The position numbers were made by a program, and so were the translations under genes. This document shows, one piece after another, positions 25,173-38,044 of a stretch of 64,000 bases of DNA. The first letter of the stretch is position 1; every line of letters starts with the position of its first letter. The stretch is from assembly GCA_964016885.1 (NCBI GenBank), contig OZ024740.1:109492001-109556000 (forward strand), read 5' to 3'. The DNA is from Eledone cirrhosa (taxonomy: Eukaryota). The notes beneath the pieces are model-generated. The model saw only the letters and a program-made list of their open reading frames with translations, ran no database searches and was not told the origin of the DNA.

Positions 25173-26096
25173 TGATGAATTGCTCTAATAGTTGGATGAG
25201 ATGTTTTGTGTTATTTTATCTGGCTCTTTGTGTTCTGTGTTCTTGTGTGGCAGACATACTCAGACCTGATTTAACACTACCCTATTGTTCTTTAAGTATT
25301 TGGGCAAGGTTTCTACAAGTTTCAAAGACCCTAAAAAATAAAGAATCAAGAGCACTGCCCTTCTGTTTGATTAAACAGTAAAAGGAGGAAAGGAAGTAAA
25401 ACTGCCATTTAACTTTTAACAATGATATCTATATTTGTTTATCTGAACCATAACAAATATACTACCTGTTTCATGGTTGGGCTGTCAGCAACATCAGTAA
25501 CTCCTCTCTAGGAATTCACCCATGTGTGTGGAGTGTGGGTGGGCTCTGACTGGACAAAAAACGAAATCTATCTATAAGGTAAGATGAACCCAACAAGGAC
25601 GCAACAGCTATCCATCAAATACACAGATGGATTGAGGGAGGACTCCCTTCCCCATCAAGGTTTCTTGATTCTCTTTGGGTAACCCTTGCACTTGACCAGC
25701 TCTCTCTGATGTACTGACCTTGCCTGTCCTCTAATCCAGGAACTGTCTAATCATGCACTGTTGTGAGCTGTACATTTCATTTTTTTCTTTCATTTCCTTT
25801 AAGGGGACTATCCCTATTTCTAGCATTGTCAGAAACAATGAACACATACTGTTGCATGTAACAAATATACAAAACCTAAATCTTTTGGGGAGAGAAGATA
25901 CTTTGAAGGGTGTGTTAGGATCTAAATTGCATGTCATGTCACAATGTCATTGGTAGGAAGAATTACCATCCTTTTATCTGTTACCGTGCATTTGATGGAA
26001 GAAGGGGGGAATATAGAGAGAAATAGAGATAAAGAGAGCTTGACTTTTATGAGATATAGTCAGACATGCCTATGTCCTGTGGTACCATGGCATATT

Positions 26097-26141
<45 letters not shown>

Positions 26142-26894
26142 ATTTATGACTAAACATCGTTTCTAGGTGTTGCCTCATTTGCTTGGTTACCAATCTCTAT
26201 TGATTTTTTTTTCTCCTCACAACTGTGGGTCATGTCAAACTTACATATTGTTGGTTGGTCAGCTGATCAGTTAGTCTGGTCGGCATTAACAAATGTTCCA
26301 GAATGGTGATATTGGTAATGCTTGTGGTGGCAGTGGTGGTGGTGATGGTGTTAGGGGAGGTGTTGGGAGGGATATTAGACTGATAATTATTATGCAAAAA
26401 GTATCGATGAATGAATTGTGAGAGAGGAAACATGGCACTGTGACACTAAGGCAGATTTACACACTTTGACACCCACACATATGCAAATGGACAAACACAC
26501 AGACACACAATTACACATCTCTATCTATCTATCTATACATACACACTGAGAGAGAGATGCAAGCAGACAAGTGAGAAGAGAAAAATGGAAATAGATAAAA
26601 TAACTGTTAACATAAACAAAGGGTTAAAAACAGTGAAAGTATGAGTGGGTGGGAGAGATAGAGAGAGAGCGAGGAAGACAGAAAGAATGACACATTGAGG
26701 GAGGGGGAGAGAAGAATGAGAGACAAACTGAATAATGGATAGAAATTGGAAAAGAAGATTCTAGAGAAAAAGACCTTGAAATTATCAAGAAGTGACAGGA
26801 GAGAAAATTGTGGAGAATGTGGAGGAATAAAGGGGGAATGATGGCAAAATATGAATCGCTGTGAAAATACTGGAGGGGGGGGGGTTTAAAAATA

Positions 26895-27005
26895 TTGCTG
26901 CAGGCATGAGCTTAATTCCTAGACCAGGTACCACAGTGTGTCCTTGAGCAAGACACTTTATTTCATGTTGCTTCAGTCCACTCAACTTGAAAAGATGGAT
27001 TGCCA
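26895..27005 (+). mobile_element. CORE-SINE fragment
   Basis: gtgtgtccttgagcaagacactttatttcatgttgcttcagtccactcaac matches the SINE at 6165-6505. Confidence 0.7.
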
Positions 27006-27477
27006 TAACAAAGGTGCCAAGCTATATTGGAAAGCATTTTGTTGGTGTAGGTGACTTCTAGTCTTTCACAAAACACCCACTCAAGATATGTGTCTCAGAT
27101 AAGCAAACCCATGGCCTGTTATGACTAGAGGTGGTTTCTCTCTCTCTCTGGTGTTGGCACCATGATATAATGCTCTCAGTGTGCTCTGTAAAGTGGTTTA
27201 CAATTGAACAGGGAGAGCATAAGGCTCTTTAGTCTTGTTGAGGACTTGGTAAATTTTCTTGCGCTGGTACGATGGTAAAATACAACCAGTACACTCCATT
27301 AAGAGGAAAGGCATACACTCCATTAGGAAAGGCATCCAGCTGTAGAAATCATGCCAAATTCTAAACAGACGAGAAAGACTGGTACCCTTCACAACCTGCT
27401 CAGAAGGATAGTAACCCTGAATAAGAACTGATTTTGATTGTAACAGTCCTTTCTATTTATGCCATCATCTTCTTTGC

Positions 27478-27690
27478 TCACTTATTCCTGGGAAGGTCGT
27501 GGGTGCAGAATCCTCAAGCACACCTTTCAGCGGGTCCTGTCAGAAGCAACTGTCCCCAAGCAAGACCACCCAAACTCATGGATATTATCCAACCATCTTG
27601 TTAGGTGTCTGCCCCTGGGTCTCCTGTCAGTTGGTTTTGCCCGTAAAATATGTCCAGCAATTCTTTCCTGAGACATTCTGGCCACATGAA
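27478..27690 (-). mobile_element. Expander/Rex3-like RTE 3' end
   Basis: Minus strand HVARMSQERIAGHILRAKPTDRRPRGRHLTRWLDNIHEFGWSCLG; overlaps in homology with 10370-10460. Confidence 0.7.
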
Positions 27691-27929
27691 AGAACCACTG
27701 GACAGCATGAAAAGGAATATTTACAGATCGATGCAGGTTTAGGGAATTGCATATATTTTACAGGACATTACTAGAGAGTTAAGTTAGAACTCAGTAGCGA
27801 TATACTCCTATGGAGACCATGGCATGGATATACACAGGTTGGCCTTCCAACAAAAACCTAAGGGATTTTACTCTTTTACTTGTTCCTGCCATCCACCTGA
27901 GGCCTTGCTGAGGCACTGCCCTTGTTGCT

Positions 27930-28275
27930 ACACATTCTATCTCCAGCCTGTGTTGGCTGGCCATTGGTGCAAGAGAGAGTTGGTTGCTGCTGCCTTTAGG
28001 TTACCTTTGTACCGTGCTGTGGGCTCATCTGGGATCCTGGATAGCAGAGTGTCGAGATGTTTCTTGAAAGCATCCACGTCCACATCATGCAGATCTCTCG
28101 AATCCCTTGGCAGCTTGTTGAAGAGTTGAGGGCCTTTGAACACCAGGCTATTGCAATATCTGCTCCTTATTCTAGATGTGGAAGACACACAGTGACATCC
28201 TGTTTGGGGGTTAGTCCAGCTCCCAATGCCAAAGTTTGGTGCTAGTCCCTCCAGGATTTTCCATATGTATATATA
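27930..28275 (-). mobile_element. CR1-like LINE RT C-terminus
   Basis: ORF 27937-28347: YIWKILEGLAPN...FKGPQLFNKLP...AFKKHLDTLLSRIPDEP...AAATNSL. Confidence 0.75.
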
Positions 28276-28780
28276 TGTCTGTACAAAAACTAGTTTTAAT
28301 AAAATACATATGTACCTGATATAAAAGTTTATTGTATAAACACGCACACAAATACAGGCACCTTATATATGCGCATATACACACATTCACATATCTAAAC
28401 ACATACAAGCAGATGCACTTACACAGTGCACCTCAACCAAAAACACATACACACAGCAACACCACTGATAAACTCAGAAACTCTCTACCAATACTGCATA
28501 CTCACCATCATGCAGAGATAAATACACTTCTACACTCTTGACACATCACCCTACATTACCTTCCCCACCTAACCTGCATTTAAAAAATTCTAATCTCTTC
28601 TCTCTCTCTGTTTCCTAACTTCTCTTCTACTCTTATTTCTTCTTTTGATAAAGGACTAATGTCCAATACTTTGAAGACACTTTCTTTTTCCATTTCACAC
28701 AAGTGTTAAACCTAATAACATTTTTTTGTAATTGTTCATGTTTGTTTTCATTGTTTTTCACTGTTGATTGAACACTATAT

Positions 28781-30188
28781 CATCATCATCATCACTGTTT
28801 TACGTCCGTTCTTCCATGCTAGCATGGGTTAGATGGATTGTCCTGTTGTGGGCAGTGTCCAGTCGGCTGACCTTGTCTTGTTCATACAGGAAATGATTTT
28901 GGTTTGATTTCTACAGCTGGATGCCCTTCCTAACACCAACCTCATTTACAGTGAGTGCCGTGGCGTCTACACGTCCACTTTACAGTGTGGGCTGGGTGCT
29001 TTTTTGCCATGGCACCTCCACGACCACTTTGTAGTGGAAGAGGGTGGGGTTATATTGTCTATATGCTTCAGCTTCGGCTTGTTCCTGTGGGAAGTCAGGT
29101 CTTCTGTATTACTGCATGATGCCAGGGGTCATGGTCATGATTCGTTGCCTTTGAGAGGTGCAATTGGACAAGGTCAGCTTTTATCACCTCATCCCAGGTC
29201 TTCTTGGGTCTCCCCACTCCGCGGCTTCCATCGACTTCTAGTGCTCTACACCTTTTTATGCAGCTGTCATCTTACATATGTATCACATGTCCATACCAAC
29301 GCAACCTCCTCTCCTGCACACAGCATTTGATTCCTCTTATGCTCAGTCTCTCTCTCAGTTCGTTTATGCTTTGCCATTTGCGTATATTACTATTACACAT
29401 CCATCAGCGCATGCAGGCTTCGTTTCTTTCTAATCTGCACAAGTCTTCTACAGACAGCGCCCAGGTCTCACTACCAGGTAACATTGCTGTTTGTATACAC
29501 GCATCATACAGTCTGCCTTTCATTTTGAGGGAAAAGCCTTTTGCAGCTAACAGTGGCAGTAGCTCCCTGATCTTCTTCCATCCCATTCTTACCCTAGTTA
29601 TTGTACTTTCTGAACACTCACCTCCACTGCTAATTCGGTCACCTAGGTAGCAGAAGCTGTCTACTGTTTCTACAGAGCTCTCCCAGAGTTTGGTGGTGCT
29701 TGTTTCCTGTGGCCGTTTGCTGCTTGCTGTCCCAGCGCAGCTGCTATATATAAAGCCTACATTCTTAGTTAAGCTTCCTGAGATCCCACTACATCTCTTG
29801 TGTACCCATTGTTTGCATTTGGGGCAGAGGATGAAGTTCCTACATTCTGAGCAAGGCCATTTCCCTGAGAGGATCTGGGTTCTGTTTTCAGTTCTACTTA
29901 CAAGAACCTTAGTTTTTGTCAGGTTGACTTTGAGACCCTTTCTTTCTAGTCCCTGATTTCCTGTTTGGAATTTCTTCTCTAGTTCCACTATAGATTCAGC
30001 TATAAGTGCGAAATCATCTGCATATAGTTCCCATGGGCATCCAGTCTTAAACTCCTCCGTTATTACCAGCAAAACTATAATGAACAGGAGAGGCCTAAGA
30101 ACAGAGCCCTGATGGACACCGACCTGTATGCTAAATTTCTCACTATAGTCATTGCTAACTCTAATTTTGCTGACTGCTCCTCTATACA
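28781..30188 (-). mobile_element. RTE-clade LINE, copy C (5'-truncated within RT)
   Basis: ORF 29404-30201 (GVHQGSVL, ELYADD, KWPC, GSETWAL). 3' UTR and catcatcat tail at 28781. Confidence 0.93.
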
Positions 30189-30390
30189 GAAACACCAACA
30201 AAAACCTAAGTCAATATTGAAGGCAGAGAGAGAAATGTGGGCAATTTAAGAATAAAGAAGCCTTGCTTATATATAGACTAAACCCACAAATCAATAACAG
30301 AATGGAACTCAGCACACAATACTTGACATAGAAAGACACACCCACACCTAAACACAACAATTTACACAAGAAATTTGATTTTATAAAATA

Positions 30391-31319
30391 CTATCAGCAG
30401 TACCCAGCGTTGCCTGGGTAGGTAAAATAATATCTGTTTTGATGAAAAGGTGTTGATTTTAGCGATTGTGAGTTTCATGAAAATCGGTCGTAAGGTGTAG
30501 CAAATGGCGAAATGTTGAGTGAAATCGTATGGAATATGTGGGAGGTGGAAAAAATCGTATTTTGAAGAGTTAAACGGCTGCCATGCCGTCCCTGAACAAA
30601 AAATGCAAAGTTTAAAGCTCCTATAAGATGTGCAATGATAGGTTCTATCGTAGTATAAAAGTTGAACCAAATAAATTGATTTATGTGTGAGGTGGCGTCG
30701 AAGTTTCGAATTTGAACGAAATCAGTTGAAAAATGTGGGAGCTAGAGCCAAAAAGGCGGAAATTTGAGCGAAAAGGTGGTATTTTCGAATATTTAAGCGG
30801 CTGCCACGCTGTTCCTGAACAAATTATCCAAAATGTAAAGCCAGTTTAAGACGTGAAATAATCAGATCTAGCGTAGTGTAAAATTTGAACAAAGTAGGTT
30901 GATTAATGTGGGAGCTAGAGCCGAATAAGTGGAAATTTGAGTATTGGTATTTTTGAATATTAAAGCGGCTGCCACGCCGTCCCTGAACAACAAATAAAAA
31001 ATATAAAGCCATTACTGGATGTGCAATGACAAATTCTATTTTGCTTTAAATTTGAACGAAATTGGTGGCAAAATGTGGGAGCTAGAGCCAAAAATCTTAT
31101 TTTTCGATACCTAAAAAAAGGTGCCCCCCCCCCCCCCATATCGATTTTTATCTGCAGAATGACCCCGGAATAAAAAAACCATACGCTGATATATAGAAAA
31201 CACTCCCCCGATGACTAATCTATGAGCCTGTAAAGTTTCATGAAAATCCGTCGTAAGATGTAGGCCCCTATAGGTAATACACACACACACATACATACTT
31301 AATTTTATATTTCTACAGA
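30391..31319 (-). mobile_element. Non-autonomous Helitron-like element with internal tandem subrepeats
   Basis: Minus-strand 5' end A|TCTGTAGAAATATAAAA. Subterminal hairpin TACCCAGGCAACGCTGGGTA then ATAG|T (CTAG variant). Three internal copies of cggctgcca(c/t)gc..t.cctgaacaa. Confidence 0.7.
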
Positions 31320-31466
31320 TTACATACGGCAATTGATTTCATCCTCCTGGTTCTCAAAGAGACTTCAACAAACACTAAGCAACATTTGAAACTAGTTTAT
31401 AAATGTTAAATGTAAATCTAATTTCAAAGTGAATAGACCAGAACATTTTTCTCTGAGAGTTCCATA

Positions 31467-31508
31467 TACTCTGATGAAGGGAATTTTAAGTCCCGAAATA
31501 TTTGGATG
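31467..31508 (+). ncRNA. Hammerhead-like motif (core intact, stem I poor)
   Basis: CTGATGA-a-GGGA attttaag TCCC-GAAA-tattt. Stem II and core are present; stem I pairing is degenerate. Confidence 0.45.
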
Positions 31509-31619
31509 AAAGAAAAAAAAAAGATGACCAGATAAATAACTTTTTTGTTACCTTCATCTTTCCATTCATTTTGCATCGTCTTAGCCTTCCTGCATATATC
31601 ACTTTCCACATTATATATA

Positions 31620-32000
31620 TCATTATCATCGTCATCATTTTACGCCCGCTTTTCGTTGCTTGCAAGGGTGGGACGGGTCTTCTTCAACACAGCATCTCTC
31701 CATTCGTCATGGTTCCTCGTCATCTCCTCTGTGAGCTTCAGTGATCTGAAGACAGCTCTCACCATTTATGCCCATGTTTTTTGTGGTCTTTTGTCCTCTA
31801 TTGTTTTCCTTCCACTGGGATTTCTTGGCATTTCTTCACCCAGCTGTCATTTTCCATGCGCATCACATGTCCATACCAACTCAGTCTTCTCTCTCACACA
31901 CTACATTCAATCCCTCTCAGACACAGTTTCTCTCTCAACTCGTCTATGCTTGGTCGTTCACGCACATTGACACTGCACATCAGCATTTCAGTGCTAGCAT
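31620..32000 (-). mobile_element. RTE 3' fragment of another subfamily
   Basis: Minus strand MLMCSVNVRERPSIDELREKLCLRGIECSV, followed by a tail with (GAT)n. Confidence 0.75.
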
Positions 32001-33067
32001 GGCTGGACAGGACTTTTGTGGCAATTTTTATGACTGGAACCAACCTTTTTATGACAATGTACCTATTCTGAACTGGATGCACACACACACACCCTCCCAC
32101 ACACAAACACATATACTGGGTCACATTTATTTGTTACTAAATGTACACCTGGTCAGGTATTGCAATCAGGTGTAACACATGCCTACTAACCCCATTTTGT
32201 ATGTAAACAGTCAATAATAGCTACATTCATAACATGACACACACATTAATATCTTACCAAACACCCCCCCTCTACACCTACCTAATACAAATGATAATTG
32301 GTCGTGGTGATCCCTTCTGGTCAACACATGGTCCAACACATTTTTTTTCTTTTAGTAAAAAAAAATATAATAATAGTGAAAATTATTGTGTACAGTACTC
32401 AGGTGCACTACAACTCAATAAAGGTGCATGTATAGTACATAGAATGATGTACAAATATTAGGAAAGTGAACAGTGTATGAGTCATGGTATACACTTGGAC
32501 ACATACACAGGTGTGTGTGTGTATGGAGGGGGAATAACTACCTTACTAAATATTTGTCATTGAGCATATTTGCATGTGTGCATATATATATATATATATA
32601 TATAAAACAAATTTAATATAGAAATTTGTTTCATACACTCTACTAATGTATTGAGTACTTACTGTGGTTACCCCTAATTAAACCTGGGACTCACACACAT
32701 ATATATGAAAAGATAATATAATATATTTTAATACAATAAACATATGAACATATGGGTAGCCTCACTGCTGAAGAAAAATATTTTTCGTAATGAAACGAAA
32801 ATATAACTTACACAGCCGCTTTACAGTGTGGACTGGGTGCTTTTTTGTCATAATAAGACTAATGTCTAATACTTTGAACATGCTATTTTTTTCATTTCAC
32901 ACAAGTGTTAGTTGTGATTTAAGGTTTTAATATAAATCCAGGTCAGTTTCAGGCAGTTTGGTATCAAAAGGATTAAATGATGATGATATTATATCATGTC
33001 TTCTTATAGCCTCACGCTGACCAATGCCTTGCAAGTAGATTTGGGAGACAGAAACTGCTAGGAAGCC

Positions 33068-33128
<61 letters not shown>

Positions 33129-35594
33129 GTGTATCTGTTCACTTAAGAATTTTGTAGGTTTCTACTGTGCTTTAATTGATGAACAGAGGTCTTGTGTTAA
33201 TTTCTCAGTAGTGCTTCCAAAGTCACCCCCAACATCACAGACAAACCAATGTGGGGCCCTTTATGTGGTTAGAAATAGCACCCAAATCTCTTTTGAATCA
33301 AATCACACCACCATTAACCAACTCAAAACAGCCTTTGGTTCTATGAAATAAAATCACCCATTTTAAAAGATTACTATTTAAATCTTCCATCATAATTTGA
33401 TATAAAAACCTTTTAAGTTACAAATACCATCTTCATAATAAAATAATTAATAATTTCAATAAATCCTTCCAAATTCTTCATTAATCAATTTATATTAAAA
33501 ATATGGTTACAATTTTGGCTACATTATACTTGAAATAAAAATATGACTGGGTGGTCATGGCTGGAATCTGTCTGATAATAACTCTGCTTGACCATAGAGC
33601 TGACCTGGAGCTAAACAACAAGATAACAGATGTGTTAGTTAGTTATATTATTCTGCTGTTTATGTACATGTTAAGGTTTTACAGTAAGAGAGAACACCTG
33701 CCCTGAAGCAAAGTAACAACCAATATCCATAATTATCTAGCAGACAAGACAAGCTTTTCTAATCCTATTCTTACTTTAGTTAAAACCTATCTCTTTTGAT
33801 TTGACCGAAATTCTTTTAACGGTTCATTGAACAATTGGTGTAAACACTCTGAAAATTTCTCCATATTTCTGAAGATTTCTTCCCAGCCTTCTACACTGTG
33901 ATGTTGAATGTTTGTGTTGCTGTGAAAATATGCTGCAATCCTCAAGTGTAATCGAATTTACTGCTGCAGACGTCTAGTTGAAGGTCAGCATTTCCTTTAG
34001 GCATGCATCACTGGGTTGAAATAGATTAAGGAAAAGTAGCTTTCTTTAATGTATCAGCAGATGAATGAAACCAGCAAGGAGATTTCCCAGATAAGGTTGT
34101 GGCCCTATGTTCTGTTAGATGTACACTAGAAAGACAGATCAGAATAGATAGCTATAGGAGTATGCTAGACAAGAAATGGTCCCTTTAAGAGAGGAACCAA
34201 TATGTGAATAATGATATAGAATATTTCACTGAAAAGGATTAATTTGAAAATTTCATTTCATATAATTCTTTCTTTTCTAAATTTCTTGCAAAATAAATAC
34301 TATGTATATTTAAATCATTAAAAATATGAATTTGAAAAGATTTGATAAAATAACATTCTGATTACTTTGTCCCTTTCATGGCTATATTTGTTAATGAAAT
34401 ATACTCTTTCAATTAATTAATTAACATTTTTGAGGGATTTACTAAAATTACTATTTCATTACTAAGTTAGTAACATAACATATGATTCTTGCATAAAATT
34501 AAGTTGAAAGATTTGAATTTAAATAAGAACCATTGGAAACGGGTAGTCTTTTTTCATAGAACCAGAGATAATTTTCACCAGGTTGAGTTAAGCTGGTGTT
34601 ATGAACATAGATTAATAAAATGTTCTTAACATAAAATTATAATGGAGAGTTTTAATCTAATTCTTAATATTCTGTAATGGTTGAACAGAAAATACCTAAA
34701 AATTGGCTTTGTTAATTCAAATATTTACTGCATTTTTACTAATTGACAAATCGCAAAAAATTGCAGTATTAGAGTAAAAACTTTAATTTTTCATGTAAGC
34801 CAATTATAATGCTGTTTTATACTTTTCAATATGGTTTTGCATGTTACAGGATGTTAAAAGTTAAATATGAGTATTTAAAAATAAGAGGCTGTGTATCTTC
34901 GGACCACATGTGGTTTCTGGTTGGTATTAAAAGGGTTAAATTAGGTAAAAACCTTCTTTGTTTGATTGTTGTTTTATAAATTTTTGTGAGGCATACTCTG
35001 AGTTTTGATTTATAGATGATTATATAGATTCTTAGTTATTTAGATCAAACCAACCTCTGTTGGTATGGTTTGGTACTTTTTTCTGTGTAGTCATATATCT
35101 AATGTGTGTGTATATGTGTATTGCACCTCCCTCGTTTTCGACAATATGTATTTGGTCAATGGACCAGTCTGTGAAGTTAATATGGAAGGGGCTGAATATT
35201 CAACATACACATGTATTCTTGGTACATACTATAAAGGGGTTGACATTGGGTAAGGCTTCTTGTCATAGAAACCAAGCCCAAAATGGAATGTATGAGCAAG
35301 ACATGATCACCTGACCTGTCTAGCCTCAGTATGTGACAACCCATTTAACCCATGTGAGCATGGAAAATAGATGTTAAATGGTGGTGATGCTGATGATGAT
35401 ATATATTATTTGCATTTTATATTTTTCTTTGCTGGCATGGGTTGGATGGCTTGTTATGGTCCAAGTCAATTCTTATTCAGAGGTCCTGCTTTCCAAGATG
35501 GGTTCAGGAGTCACATCTTGTTTGTCTGCTACATAACAGTTTTTGTTTTCTTCTCCTTATTATTAATCTCCTCTATCTTTATCTTCTCATCCTT

Positions 35595-37250
35595 CCCCGT
35601 CTTCATCTCCTACTCTCTTGTCTTCATCATCTCCTACTCCCTTGTCTTCATCATCTCCTACTCCCTTGTCTTCATCATCTCCTACTCTCTTTCGTCTTCA
35701 TCTCCTACTCCCTTGTCTTCATCATCTACTCTCTTTCGTCTTCATCTCCTACTCCCTTTCGTCTTCATCTCCTACTCCCTTTCGTCTTCATCTCCTACTC
35801 CCTTTCGTCTTCATCTCCTACTCCCTTTCGTCTTCATCTCCTACTCCCTTTCGTCTTCATCTCCTACTCCCTTTCGTCTTCATCTCCTACTCCCTTTCGT
35901 CTTCATCTCCTACTCCCTTTCGTCTTCATCTCCTACTCCCTTTCGTCTTCATCTCCTACTCCCTTTCGTCTTCATCTCCTACTCCCTTTCGTCGTCATCT
36001 CCTACTCCCTTTCGACGTCATCTCCTACTCCCTTTCGACGTCATCTCCTACTCCCTTTCGTCTTCATCTCCTACTCCCTTTCGTCTTCATCTACTCCCTT
36101 TCGTCTTCATCTCCTACTCCCTTTCGTCTTCATCTCCTACTCCCTTTCGTCTTCATCTCCTACTCCCTTGTCTTCTTCATCTCCTACTCTCTTGTCTTCT
36201 TCATCTCCTACTCTCTTGTCTTCTTCATCTCCTACTCTCTTGTCTTCTTCATCTCCTACTCTCTTGTCTTCTTCATCTCCTACTCTCTTGTCTTCTTCAT
36301 CTCCTACTCTCTTGTCTTCTTCATCTCCTACTCTCTTGTCTTCTTCATCTCCTACTCTCTTGTCTTCTTCATCTCCTACTCTCTTGTCTTCTTCATCTCC
36401 TACTCTCTTGTCTTCTTCATCTCCTACTCCCTTGTCTTCATCATCTCCTACTCTCTTGTCTTCATCATCTCCTACTCTCTTGTCTTCATCATCTCCTACT
36501 CTCTTGTCTTCATCATCTCCTACTCTCTTGTCTTCATCATCTCCTACTCTCTTGGCTTCATCATCTCCTACTCTCTTGGCTTCATCATCTCCTACTCTCT
36601 TGTCTTCATCATCTCCTACTCTCTTGTCTTCATCATCTCCTACTCTCTTGTCTTCATCATCTCCTACTCTCTTGTCTTCATCATCTCCTACTCTCTTGTC
36701 TTCATCATCTCCTACTCTCTTGTCTTCATCATCTCCTACTCTCTTGTCTTCATCATCTCCTACTCTCTTGTCGTCATCATCTCCTACCCTCTTGTCGTCA
36801 TCATCTCCTACCCTCTTGTCTTCATCATCTCCTACTCTCTTGTCTTCATCATCTCCTACTCTCTTGTCTTCATCATCTCCTACTCTCTTGTCTTCATCAT
36901 CTCCTACTCTCTTGTCTTCATCATCTCCTACTCTCTTGTCTTCATCATCTCCTACTCTCTTGTCTTCATCATCTCCTCTCTTGTCTTCATCATTTCCTCC
37001 TCCATCATCTTCATCTTCTCCACCGTCTTCATCTTCTCCTCCACCGTCTTCATCTTCTCCATCTTCTCCTCCTCCATCTCCTTCATTTTCTCCTCCTCCT
37101 CCTCCTCCTCCTCCATCTCCTTCATTTTCTCCTCCTCCTCCTCCAACATCTGTCTTCATCTTCTTCTCCTCCTCCATCATCATCATCTTCTTCATCTCCT
37201 TCTCCTCCTTCTTTGTTGTCTTTATCTCCTCCTCATCCTCCTCTCTCTCT
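35595..37250. repeat. Polypyrimidine minisatellite: 23-bp unit block (~35690-36165) within a 24-bp unit array, decaying into (TCC/TCT)n
   Basis: Units GTCTTCATCTCCTACTCCCTTTC (23) and CTCCTACTCTCTTGTCTTC(T/A)TCAT (24). Confidence 0.95.
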
Positions 37251-37414
37251 AATCAGTTAATTAACTCTAATTACTAAGACTCTCTTATTTATCCTGTTTC
37301 TAGTTTCTGAGGAACAAACAAGACAAAAGTTATAATAAACAAAACTAATTAGCTTCATGTTAAAGAGTCATTACAAACATTTGTTGTGGCTCCTTCCCTC
37401 TTCGATCACTCTTT

Positions 37415-37940
37415 CCACACACACACGCACACACACGTACATACAGGCGCACACACACATACGTACAGGCACACACATACATGTACATACAGGCGCACAC
37501 ACACAGGTACATACAGGTACATACACATACATACAGGCACACACACACGTACATACAGGCACACACACACACATGTATATACACACACACACACATATAT
37601 ACAGGCACACACACATACATGCAGGCACACAAACGTACATACATGCAGGCACACACACACACACACACAGGTACATACAGGCACACATACATGTACATAC
37701 GGGCACACACACGTACATACCGGCACACACACACACACACGTATGTACACGCACACACACCCGTACATACAGGCACACACACACCCGTACATACAAGCAC
37801 ACAGGCACATATGTACATACAGGCACACAGGCACATATGTACATACAGGCACACATACACACAGATGTGCACACACACACATGCATACAGACACACACAT
37901 ACAGATGTACACAATCACACACACACATACACACTCACAC
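37415..37940. repeat. Degenerate (CA)n-derived repeat (acatacaggcacacac)
   Basis: Seen directly; source of the HT/CV-rich ORFs. Confidence 0.9.
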
Positions 37941-38044
37941 TTTATTACAAAGCACTGGTCCATGACATACATCTGGTAATATTTTTATTTTACTCCTCCA
38001 CACTATGGTATGTGTGGCTGGTTTAATCTGTTAGCCCCCCCCCC

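Noticed and set aside
25512-25578. Plus-strand micro-exon (ctctctag|...aag|gtaaga)
   Set aside because: Splice-like ends are common by chance, the peptide is not recognisable, and there are no partner exons.
25790-25950. Gypsy protease relic (LHVTNIQNLNLLGRE)
   Set aside because: Only one short LLGR-like motif; no catalytic DTG, gag or RT recognisable nearby.
35371-38026. Long Ser/Leu-rich, acidic and HT/CV-rich ORFs
   Set aside because: Translations of minisatellite and (CA)n-derived repeats, open in many frames at once.
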